DNA from: Squalus acanthias
Lineage: Eukaryota
Assembly (NCBI GenBank): GCA_030390025.1
Contig: JASTWF010000070.1
Span: 1,116,001 to 1,180,000 of the forward strand
Length of the DNA stretch: 64,000 bases
Direction: 5' to 3'
The notes below the pieces were generated by a model, which was not told where the DNA came from, searched no databases, and saw only the letters and a list, made by a program, of their open reading frames with translations. Positions 51,017 to 63,079 of the stretch are shown piece by piece; the stretch's first letter is position 1, and each line of letters begins with the position of its first letter. The position numbers and the translations under genes are program-made.

Positions 51017-53090
51017 TAAGTGTCTCCACAGGGAGTCTTTGACACAGACCTACTATACTGTGTGGGAAATGTTCATCTTTTCCTCTTTTGCTGCCCCGCG
51101 TGTAGTTCCTAAACTATCCTCCAGTTCCCCGTTCACAGCCCAGCCCAAAGACCATGACCATACGTTCATTATCTTTGCTTTTCCGACCTGGATGTTGTCC
51201 CCTTTCAATACTTGATTCAGCAACGGAATCAGACTGAGTTTTAGCAATCACTTTCATAATCTACTCCCAGAATGATGCGTGGCGCTTTTTAAAAAATGAC
51301 CTGTAATGGATCAATTTCGTTTTTGAAGTTAGGGCGCCAAAGTGACACATGTGGCCTCAGCACCTATCTGCAGAAGCTCAAGTTATGGAAATCAAACAGC
51401 CACGTGATGTGTGATGTCAGAATAATCCTTATCCTTCACTTTAATATATACTGGTGGACTCAAGAGATAGAGAGATTAATAATCTTTATTTATCTGTGCA
51501 CTTATAGAAACTTAGCACCTCCAGTGCTATGAGAATGACCTCAATTGTACTCACAAGCCACATCTATTTAATTATGCAAGGTAAGCAAGTAGATCGTACG
51601 TCAGCACGTTCATAGTGCGTGTGATTATTACGTACGCTTCAGGATTAATATGTAAACTCGTTGGTGCTGACGCATGCTACTCGCAGTCCCGCCTCCCCCC
51701 ACCAGCCTTGCACATGCTCATTGGAGACACTCTCTGTCCATTGTTCTCTGGACATTTCACATGTATGATTAACCATATTCAGAATCCTCACTTGCTGATC
51801 TAGGAGCACAGGAACAGGAGTAGATCCACAGTGGATTACCTCACAATCCCCCACATTCAGCGACATCTGTCATGTTTCACCCCCATCACAACCTGCACAT
51901 ATCCCCTTCCAAATTGTTGCTCCCATCTGCACAAGTTACTGTGCCACCGAACGTAACACCACCTGCAAACAGGGATATACAACTCCCCATTCCTTCATCC
52001 AACTTATCAATAAATACGGTGGAAAGATTGAGGCCCCAGAACTGATCCCTGGGGAACACCACTTGTCACATCCCGCCAATCTGTGTACCTACTCTTTATC
52101 CCGATTCTCTGTCTCCTGCTTCCCATCCAAACTCCAACGCAAATCAAAAGGCTCCCCCCAATTCCACGTGGTCTCAACTTGGCCAGTAATCTGTCATGTG
52201 GAACCTTATTGAATGCCTTCTGGGATTCCATATAGATAACGTACATGGACAATCCTTTCTCTATCTGATTAGTGACCTCCTCAAAAAATGTAACTGGATT
52301 AGTCAGATATGATTTACCTTTAAGAAAGCCATTCTGGCCCCCTCTGACCAGGTCATATTTGCTTAAATGTTCACTCACTCTATCCTTCATGACCGATTCT
52401 ATTAACTGCCCCACAGCTGACGTTAAACTGACAGGCGGGTACTGACCTGGCTTCTCTCTCCCACCCTACTTAAATAATCCAGTATCTGGAGCACAGTGTA
52501 CAGGTTCTGGGCACCGCATCTCAGAAAGGATATACTGGAGGGAGTTCAGCGCTGATTCAGCAGAATGTACCAGGGATCCAAGTGTGAAATTACGAGGAGA
52601 GATTAAAGAAACTAGGCTTGTATGCCCTGGAATATGTAATTTAAAGGGATAATGTGATTGAGGTTCATAGGATATTGTGAGGGATTGATAGGGTAGACAG
52701 AGAGAAACTACTCCTCCGGTGGGGGGACGTCCAGAACAAGGAAGCATAACCTTAAAATTAATAAATCCAATAGGGAGTTCAGGAGCAGCCTTTTATACCC
52801 AGAGAGTGCTGAGAATGTGGAACTCGCTACCATATGGAATAGCTGAGTCGAATAGTGTAGAAGCATTAAAGGAGAATCTCGATAAGTACATGAGAGAGAA
52901 AGGAATAGAAGGATATGTTGATGGGGTGAGATGAATAGGGGTGGGAGGAGGTCGTGTGGAGCATAAACACCGGCATAGACTGATTGGTCTGAAAGGCCCA
53001 TTTCTGCTGTACATTCCATGTAATCCAAACAATGTCCCTTTCAGTACTGAGTAAAGACGGAACACTTTAAGCTCGTGGCAGCATTTCATG

Positions 53091-53096
53091 TTTATT
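53091..53096 (-). terminator. Polyadenylation signal, cluster 4
   Basis: AATAAA ~310 nt after the C stop. Confidence 0.6.
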
Positions 53097-53408
53097 AAGA
53101 GCTGTGTTACACAAGTTCGCAATCACAATATGGTCGCAGCCGAAAGGGAAATCAGTCCACATTCTGCACACAGCGAAAGTTTACACACAAGATATTGGGG
53201 ACAGTTGTACAGACAGTTCCATCTCACAAAGCTGGACAATCATGTCGTTCTCTTCTGATATTATTGAACATTCGGTTTGTTTGTCAAAAATTGAAATTGC
53301 TACAGCGATTACATTGCAAAAAAAAAAGGCGATTGCACACATCAAATGATTTGTTTCATTACATTTAACAATAGCAAAAATCAAACTCCACTGCCAACTC
53401 GCACCGCC

Positions 53409-53737
53409 TCAGTCTGAACACGAGGAAGCGCTGATGGTCTTGAGAAGAGGCGAGCTCAGGGAGCCGTGGGTGACGCTGCAGGAATAGCTGGAGCCCTTGT
53501 TCCAGGCGGCGGCGGGGACTCTCAGGTAACTGCTCAGGCTGTAGGTTTGATCGCTGTCCGGGGACACGGCGCCTGTCGTCACCCCGCTGACTGTCTCTTC
53601 GCCATCCACGCTCCAGTGGAGCCGCACCAAGCCCGGCTTAAAGCGAATCACCAGGCAGGACAGAGTGGCCGATCCCGAGCCGAGTTCTTCCGAGGAGGGA
53701 GGGAGGAGAAGAACCGAGGGGCTTCGATCGTCGCTGC
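53409..53737 (-). CDS. IgL: IgL sigma-cart constant exon, cluster 4, intact
   Basis: SSDDRSPSVLLLPPSSEELGSGSATLSCLVIRFKPG..SYSCSVTHGSLSSPLLKTISASSCSD*; 329 nt. Confidence 0.95.
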
Positions 53738-56700
53738 CTGTCTGTGGGGGGAGAGAAAATTCATTAGTTTATGGAATCCGTCAGCAGTGGGACGCTCTGA
53801 TCTGAAATCAAAGACACCAAAGAACCCCGAACAACATGCACTTTAAAATAAATTACTGATTAATACAGGAGTTCCAATAAATTCTTCAATCTCTAATTCC
53901 TCTGCTCCTCTGCCAATTCTTGTCCCTACATTACAACAGTGACTTGGTTCAAAATTATTTCATTGTTTGTAAAGCGCTTTGGGACGTCCTGAGGTCGTGA
54001 AAGGAGCTGTAGAAATACAAGTCTTTCTTTCTTTCTTGTAAAGTAGCACAGAAAATGCAGAAATACAGACCGGGTCAGTCAGCATGTGTGAGGTGGAAAG
54101 ATCAGTAACTGACCAGTTCAGGTGCAGGTTACACCCCCGGAACCGCACTAACCTGTCTGTTCCCGTTACAGACACTGACCGACCGGCCGTGTATTCCCAG
54201 CATTTGCTGTTTTTATTTGAATTTCTATAATTGCAGTTCTTTCCCTTTTTACTTGAATATAATAAAGCGTTTGATTGTCTTAAAATGCGGTCAGTGTTAA
54301 CATTAAAGAGGTGAATTCATGGAGCTCTGTCCCGCTTTTCACCGAGAGTCCACATATGTTCTGATATCTCAAACTGATGCAGCCCTTTCACAGAGCCGCC
54401 ACAGGCACGATGGACCGAATGGCCTCCTTCTGTCCTGCATCATTGCATAAGATTCGGGAAAAAAATATATACAATTCAGATTTTTTTTAGAATTGCGTGT
54501 TAGAAACTGATCCGCTTTAAATGTTGCGGCAATTGAGCCGGGTCTGTTACGGGGTACTGAAGAGCTCACTGAATAAAGAGAGGACATTGTACACGAGCTG
54601 GAAATTGATGTAGTGACTCTTCCTAACAATATTGTAAATTATTTACATAGTATTACACAGAATATTCAGCACAGAAACAGTTCATTCGGCGCAACCAGTC
54701 CATGCCGGTGTTTATGATCCAATCGAGCCTCCTCCCTTACTTCCACATCTAACTCTATCAGCATAACCCTCTATTCCTTTCTCCCTCATGTGCTTATCCA
54801 GCTTCCCCTTAAATGCATCGATACTATTCGCCTCAACCACTCCCTGTGGTAGCGAGGTCCACATTCTCCCCACTCTCTGGGTAAAGAATTTTATCCTGAA
54901 TTCCCTGTTGGATTGCTTGGTGACTATCTTATATTGATGGTTCCTAGTTATTCTCTTCCCCACAAGTGGAAACACTCTCTCTGCAGCTACTCTATCAAAA
55001 CCTTTCATCATTTTAAAGACCTCTATTCGGTCACTCCTCAGCCTTCTCTTTGATGAAGGGTTTTCACGTTTTAATATTTCTAGTAAAGGGGGAACAAGGA
55101 TTGTAAAAGTTACTTGCTGCAGAGGCAAGTAAGGATTCCTCCCCGCGCGGGTGAATTGATTTCTCTCTCGGGATCAGGTCAGTCTCGCCGGTCCCGGAGC
55201 GATCCGTTCAACACTGGGCAGTAGCGGGACCCGATAGATCAACCATGGAGAATCGGCGCTATCCCCGGGGGGACACTGGACAGGGAGAGTCAGCAGACAC
55301 AGCCTGGGGGAGGGGAGTGGGTCAGCAGCGAGAGAATGAGATGGAGAGCAAGTTCCCTTCAACAACCATCACCCAGTCTCAATCACACACACGGGCCTGG
55401 TCAGTAATTGTCACTGCGCCGCTCCATGGTCAAGCGGCGGTTCTGCTCCATAAACAGCGGGGAGATTGCGGATAATAAACTCAGACAGATTAAATATCGG
55501 AAAAGGAAATTCAGATCCCGTCAAACGAATACAATCCCGACTAGTCCCGGTATTACTGGCGACAGGGAGTCGATCCAACCGGTTGTGTGCTGGGACAGCG
55601 GGTCTCGGGAGGGTCCTCTCTCTCTCCCAGCCCAGAGCCGGACACCCGACGGCTGCGGTCAGGGGGACAATACGCCACAGGAATAAAACCAGCAAGTAAC
55701 ATTGAAAGTTGCAAATGACGGTAAATGTGTTGGGATTCCCCCGGGGGCTCGCCCACCGGCTCCGGGCAATCTATTAAAAATCGGACGGTGTCGACTCTGG
55801 ACAATAGGAATAATTCCACATACACAAAGAGAATAAGTAAGGAACAGCATAGAATCATACAGCACAGAAGGAGTCCATTCGGCCCATCGTGCCTGTGCCG
55901 GCTCTTTGAAAGAGCTCTCCCATTAGTCCCACTCCGCTGCTCTTTCCCCATAACCCTGCAATTTTCTCTCTTAAAGTCTCAGTGTAACACAGTGACATAT
56001 TCAGTGTCCACTGTCAGAACTTCACAGTGTCGCTCACAACTTTCCTCTCTATCTCTCTCTGTCTCTTGCTACACCCGAATGATACCGGGGCTAAGAGGGT
56101 TAAATTACGAGGACGGGTTGCATAAACTTGGCTTGTATTCCTTTGAGTTTAGAAGATTCAGGGGTGAACTGATCGTGGTGTTTAAAATTCGAAAAAGGAT
56201 TCGATCGGGTAAACACAGAGAAACGATTTCCTCCGGTGGGGGAATCAAGAACCAGGGTAGTTCAATTAAAATTAGAGCCCGTCCATTGAGGAGGGAAGCA
56301 CTTCTTCACACAGGCTCGAGTGGCTGAATGGCCTCCTCCTGTACCTATGTTACTATTTTATCAATCAGTGCCACTCTAAGGACATTCAGCCCATCGTGCC
56401 TCTGCTGGCTCTTTGAATAGAGCTCTCCAATTATTCCCACTCCCCTGCCCTTTCCCCAAAGGTCTGCATTTATCCTTTTCAAGTATTTATCCAATTCCCT
56501 TTTGAAAGTTACTATTCAATCTGCTTCCACCGTCCTTTCAGGCAGCGCATTCCAGATCACAGCAACTCGCTGCATAAAAAGAACACTTCTCATCATCTCC
56601 CCCATTGAATGGGAGCAGGAAATGGTGTCAAACCTCATTTCAGCGCAGTATTATTCCTCGAGGCGCTTCAACAATGCCAATTCTGCCCAGTTTACCATTT

Positions 56701-56828
56701 TTTGTTTGTATATAGATCCAACATCAAAATTCACTGAATGGAGATTTCTCTGGCGCGCGGGAGTGAAAGCGACTGTAAATTAATAATAATTAAAACAATG
56801 TGAATGCTAGAATGAGAGAGTCACTTAC

Positions 56829-57182
56829 TCTTTACACTCAGGACGGTCCCCGGTCCGAAGATGAATCCCGAGTCCCACACAGCACAGTAATAGACGGCGG
56901 AGTCACCGGGCACCAGGGATAAGATGGTCAGAATGTAACTGTTACCGGAGGCGTCTATGGAAGGTTGAAAACGGTCTGTGAAGCCGGTGCCTCGGTATAT
57001 ATCATCATCTGTATCCTGCTCTAGCAACCAGACCGGAGCTTCCCCGGGTCGCTGTCGGTACCAGTTCACATCATAGCCGCCCACAGCCCCATTCTGCAGC
57101 GCACAGTGTAACCGGGCGGTCTGACCCGCGGAGACAGGATCGGATATTGGCGACTGATTGAGGACGGGAGCCGCCAGGACAC
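56829..57182 (-). CDS. IgL: Germline-joined VJ exon, cluster 4, intact
   Basis: APVLNQSP..LHCALQNGAVGGYDVNWYRQRPG..LEQDTDDDIYRG..YYCAVWDSGFIFGPGTVLSVK S|gtaag; 354 nt. Confidence 0.95.
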
Positions 57183-57335
57183 CTTCAATAAAAGGAAAAA
57201 AATCAACACATTCAGAGACTTGGAGCAAAGAGGACGTTAATGCTTCAATAAACACGGAGAGAAAACCGCCCCATTCTCCGTACTGAACCGATTTAGCTGC
57301 GGATAAACCCGTGACTAAAACCATCCGTCTGTCAC

Positions 57336-57384
57336 CTGTTAAATGGATCAGCAGAGTCCACAGGAGATGCATCGCTGGAGCCAT
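57336..57384 (-). CDS. IgL: IgL leader exon, cluster 4
   Basis: MAPAMHLLWTLLIHLT G|gtgac; 153-nt intron. Confidence 0.88.
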
Positions 57385-57502
57385 TTCCTCCGGAGAAGCG
57401 CAAACTGCCACCGCTCAAAATTTCCGACTGAACCGTGCGTTGTTCCTGTAAACTCCGGGACCCGGTCCGGTTACAGTGTCTGTAAACCCGAGATTCCGGG
57501 TC

Positions 57503-57525
57503 TATTTATTACCCGGTATGCAAAT
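57503..57525 (-). promoter_or_regulatory. Octamer plus TATA-like box, cluster 4
   Basis: ATTTGCAT 57518-57525 then TAATAAATA. Confidence 0.85.
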
Positions 57526-60049
57526 GCCTGGGAGGGGCCAGGAAAAGGAAGGAGGCAGATTTTTAATCCGGGATTTTTATTTAAATCTATTTGTGTCTGA
57601 CTAAATTATTTCTATCTTAAACTTTTGATATACAAATATTTACTTCCCAATTGGAGTTTCTGTTAAGGGGAGGTTCCAAGATACCGAAGATTTTTGCGAT
57701 AATGAATATTTAGTCTGTGTTGTACCCCAGAAAAATGAGGGGCGGATTGTGGAGATACGGATCAGCTGATGCACTTCGGCCGGAATCGTTCTGATAACGC
57801 GCTGTTCTTCTCTGATACAATGCATCAGATTTTAAAATAATCTTTTCCTCCTAAAATAAATATTTCATAATAGACTGACGTCCCTTTCTCTAAATCAGCA
57901 GCAACAAATTTGTCAATCCTTTAAAATTGTGGTGTCAATTGATAAATATGATTTGGGCTTCAGTCTGTAAATACATTTCTGATGAGAATATTCCTGAGGC
58001 AGAGCAAAGAGCGAATTAGATGAAGGAGAAAGAGGGGACGCAAGTGGAATTTTACACTCTGCCCCGGATTAAAGAGAAATTGTTCTAATGTAGTCTGAGT
58101 CGTCCCCTTTAAAACTCAGGAGGACAAATAAAAGTCGGCACAATATTAATAAAATGACACCTTCCCTTTAATTTCCTGCGGGTACGATTAATGCGCGCAG
58201 TCCCGTTTTAAACCCTGTTCCAGTTGAATTATTAAGCGGCGAGGTCAGTTGTTTCTGGGGCTCTGTGATGTTGAACACTTCCCCTGTTTGGAGTCAATCC
58301 CTAACTCCCCACACTGAGTCTTGGTTCATGTTTTTAAAAGTCAGATTGAAACTGGTTGGTGTCAGTTACTTGAGGGCGAAGGAATATTTTTTTTAATTTA
58401 TTAAGTATCTGAATTGTATAACTGTGAAGTTAGGTATTCCCCTGTTCCTTAGAAAAACACAGAGAGCGGCCGGAGGGATTCTCGCCCCACGGATTAGCCA
58501 GCACTGAATCCGGGCAGGGATTGGTTCTCACCTGGACAAGGGGCTTTTCGGTGAAGCCCAGGTGCCTGGTTCTGTTTCTGCGCTTGAACTGATCACTGAT
58601 TCCTCTGGTCGGTTAATATTATTAAAGGGGCTTTGGTGCTGTGACTGGAGCTGCTCTCTCAACCTTGCACAGGTCCCCAGAGCTTTGTCACTGCTGCCAC
58701 TGACACGGCTGACTGGAGAACCAATCATTGCAGAGCGCTGGACACACCGCGCACTGCACTTTGGGAACTGTAGTTCCATATTGGGCAATACATAAGATCA
58801 GCGTGTCTTTTGACACCACTGTGTCAGCTCTACCTCATCACTGTCTCTAAATTGTCACACCACTTGTCCGACATCCAGCACTGGATGAGCAGAAATTTCC
58901 TCCAACGAAATTTTGGGAAGAGCGAAGTCATTCTATTCAGTCTCTGCCACAAGTTCCATTCCCTCACCAGCGACTCCATCCCTCTCCCTGGGAACTGTCT
59001 GAGTCTGATACAGACTGTTGGCAACCATGATGTCATATCTGCCATAAATAAGACAGCCTATTTCCACCTCAATAACATCGCCCGACTCTACCGTGCCTCA
59101 GCTCGTCTTCTGCTGAAACCATCATGTGCAACTTTTTTACCTCTAGTCTTTACTATACCAACACACACCTGGCCGGCCTCCCACTTACTATCCTCCGTAA
59201 ACTTGAGACTATCCAAAACATGCACCAAGTCCCTTCACCCCTGTGCTCGCTGATCTACATTGGCTCCCGGTTACATAACACCTCCATCTTTATATGATCA
59301 TTCGGTCTTCAAATCCGTCCACGGCCTCACCCCTCCCTGTCTCTCTCATCTCCTCCAGCCCTGCAACATTCCGAGATATCTGCGTTCCTCCAATTCTGGC
59401 CTTTTGCGCATCACTCCACCATTGGTGGCAGTGCTTTCAGCTGGCTAGGCCCTAAGCTCTGGACTTCCCTCGCTACACCTCTCTGCATCTCTACCTCTCT
59501 TTCCACCTTTATGACACTCCTTTAAACCTGCATCTTTGATCAAGCTTTTTGTCTTCGGCCCTAATATCTGCTTATGTGGCTCGGTGTCAAAGTTTTTCAC
59601 AGGACTCCTGTGAAGTAACTTTGGACGTTTTACTACATTAAAGGTGCTATATGAATACAAGTTGTTGTTGTTGTTGTTGGAGGTGGGGCGGGACTTTAGG
59701 CAGGATTCACCGCAACAGTTTACCTTGCAGCAAACAAACTCTATTCAGCAAACCGAGTCTATTTAAGCAGCGTATGACACCAAACAGTCTACAGGGTCTA
59801 TTTAAAAAGAGCATGGACAAAAGACAGCAAACAGAAATCATGACCAGAACTAAACAACTTCGCCCGATAAAAGCTGGCTGATTTCTCCAGCATAATGTAG
59901 TGAGTCGAGGATACTTCGGGAATACAAATTATGTGCGTAAAATGTTACTGTTATATATTTAGGTGTTACCCAGAGGAGCTATTAGGTTTTTTTTACAGTA
60001 TTTATCATACTATCTAATGCCATAATTGAGCTGAATACATCGCATCTAC

Positions 60050-61533
60050 TTACATAGAATCATAGAATCATAGAAGATAGGAGCAGGAGTAGGCCATTCG
60101 GCCCCTCTAGCAAGATTGAATTCTATCCAAATTCAGTACCCTGTCCCTGCTTTCTCCCCTTATACCTTGATCCCTTTAGCCTTAAGAAAGATATCCAACT
60201 CCTTCTTGAATCTATTTAATGAATTGGCCTCTACTGCCTTCTGTGGCAGAGAATTCCACAGGTTCACCACTCACTGGGTGAAGAAATTCCTCCTCATTTC
60301 TGTCCTAAATGGCTTACCCCTTATCCTTAGACTGTGACCCCTGGTTCTGGATTCCACGACCATCGGGAACATCCTTCCTGCATCTAGTTTGTCCTGTCCT
60401 GCAGAATGTTATAAGTTTCAATGAGATCCCCGCTCATTCTTCTAAACTCCAGCGAGTAGAAGCCCAATCGACTCAATCTCTCTTCATACGTCATTCCTGC
60501 CATCCCAGGTATCAGCCTTGTGAATATTCGCTGAACTCCTTCCATGGCAAGAACATCCTTCCTCAGATAAGGCGACCAAAACTGCATACAGTACTCAAGG
60601 TGTGGTTTCACCAAGGCCCTGTACTATTGCAGCAAGACATCCTTGTTCCTGTACTCAAACCCTCTCGCTATGAAGGCCAACATACCATTTGCCTTCTTAA
60701 CCACCTGCTGCACCTGCATGCTTACCTTCAGCGACTGGAGCACAAGCACACCCAGGTCTCGTTCAACTTCCCCTTCTCCCAATCTATTGCCATTCAGATA
60801 ATAATCTACCTTTCTGTTTTTGACAACAAAGTGGATAAGATCGCATTTATCCACGTTAATTTGTATCTGCCACGCTTCTGCCTAATCACCCAACCTGTCC
60901 AAATCATACTGGAATTTCTCGGCATCCTCCTCGCAGCACACACTCCCACCCAGTTTTGTGTCGTCTGCAAACTTGGAGATATTACATCTGGTTCCCTTGT
61001 CTAGATCATTCATATATATTGTGAATAGCTGGGGTCCAAGGACCGATCCCTGCGTACCCCACTAGTCATTGCCTGCCACTCGGAAAAAGTCCCGTTTATT
61101 CCAACTCTTTGCTTTCTGTCTGACAACCAGTTCTCTATCCAAGTCAATACCTTGCCCCCAATCCCATGTGCCGTAACTTTACACGCAAATATCTTATGCG
61201 GGACCTTGTCAAAAGCCTTTTGGAAGGCCAAATACACCACATCCACTGGTTCTCCCTTATCTATTATACAAATTACATCCTCAAAAAATTCCAGTTGATT
61301 AGTCAAGCGTGATTTACCTTTTGTAAATCCATGTTGACTTTGTCCAATCCTGTCACTGTTTTCCAAGTGCTCAGCTATTACATCTTTTATAATGGACTCT
61401 AGCATTTTCCCCACCACTGATGTCAGGCTTACCAGTCTGTAATTCCCCGTTTTCTCTCTACCACCCTGTTTGAATAGTGGGGTAACATTAGCTACCCTCC
61501 AATCCATGGAGACTGTTCCAGATTCCATCATGT
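60050..61533 (-). mobile_element. CR1 LINE RT fragment (paralog of 32345-33845)
   Basis: RT motifs in ORFs 60384-61531. Confidence 0.9.
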
Positions 61534-63079
61534 ACTAAATCACCAACACTGGAAATTAATATGGAAAGAAGGAAACGTGAGGGATTATTAATTATTACTA
61601 GTAAAGTGCGTCTTTCTGGAAACATGTTGACAGGGTTTATAGCTCCATTTCAGTTTGTGAAGGGAATGCGGGAACAGAGAGACCTGGCGTTCAGGTACAC
61701 CCATCTTTGAAGGTAGCAGGACAACTTGCGAAGGCTGTTAAAGTAGAGGTATAGATGACGAAACAAGGGCGTTATGCTGAACCTTAATAAACACTGATTA
61801 GGCCTCAGCTGGAATATTGTGTTCAATTCTTGGCACCACACTTTAAGAAATATGTCAAGACCTTGTAGTGGAGATTTACGAGAATTGTACCAGGGATGAG
61901 GGACTTCACTTATGAGGCGATACTGGAATAGTTCTCCTTAGAGCAGGGAGGGGAAAAGGGAAATTTCGATGCTGGGTTTCCTGAGCACCGGGAAACCCGG
62001 GTCGCAGCCGTTAAATTCAAATCAGGCTCCCAACTGCACTGTGAGAGCCTGATTTAAATGTTATAATGAGGTTTCTCGCCTGAGAGCTTAGATATGGCGG
62101 CAGGAGCTTATGCAGTTGGTTCAGGTGTGGTTAGCTAATTTTTATATGTAAACCCTCCCCCCTCACCCTCTCCCGCCCATCTTATTCCCATCCATTCCCC
62201 CAATAGTGTTCCCAGGTCCTATTGCGTTCAGGAATGAATTGTTGGGTCAATAAAATATTCTAAGAGCATTATATGTAGGTTACAGAGCACCAACAACAAC
62301 GTGTTTTTATACAGCGCCTTTAACGTAGTAAAACGTCCCAAGGTGCTGCACAGGAGCGCTTAACAAACAACATTTGTCACCGATCCACTGAAGGAGATAT
62401 TGGAAAAGGTGACCAAAAGCTGGCTCAGGGAGGTGGGTTATAAGGAGGGTCTTAAAGGTGAAGAGAGAGGCGGAGAGGTTTCGAGAAGGGCTCAGGACAG
62501 ATTGGGATCCATCGAGTTTCGCTACCAACAGTTAAAATTTGAAAATCTTCAGAAATTTGCGGGGAATCGAACAGCTGGAGCACTTTAAGTGACAGGAGTG
62601 TCATTCCGCCGCATTCACAGCTCCAGGATTGTCCTTTCGCTTTGGAGTCAAGGCCGGTACTTTGCTTAGCTGGGCGGGTCCGGTGCGGACGGTGGCCACG
62701 GCGTGTCGCGACCCCACTGCTGGCTCCATCCCGCTGCTGAAAATGAACTCAGCTTAATGGGGCCTATTAAGTCCGATCAGCGCGTTACCCGGCCCAATGA
62801 GATGGAGCGGGTCTGATGATGTCATTCATGACGCATATCAGCCAGGATCTTTAAAGGGACCATGGCCACATCACAGTTGAAGTTTAATCTTACAAAATGC
62901 TGTCGTTGCACTAAGGGATATGGGTGCGAGACGACAGCGGGATCCTGACCTGCAGACAAAAAAAATCAAAATTCCCTCCCGACCCCCCACCGCTATCGCC
63001 CGCTATCACACTGGAAAATGTAGGCTGGGTCGGTACCGAGTTCTAAACGACTCCAACCTAATGTCTAGCTGCAATCTTA

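Noticed and set aside
14396-57182. Joined VJ exons as somatic B-cell rearrangements or retrocopies
   Set aside because: Four tandem copies share one junction length and keep introns, promoters and colinear flanks, which requires germ-line DNA-level duplication.
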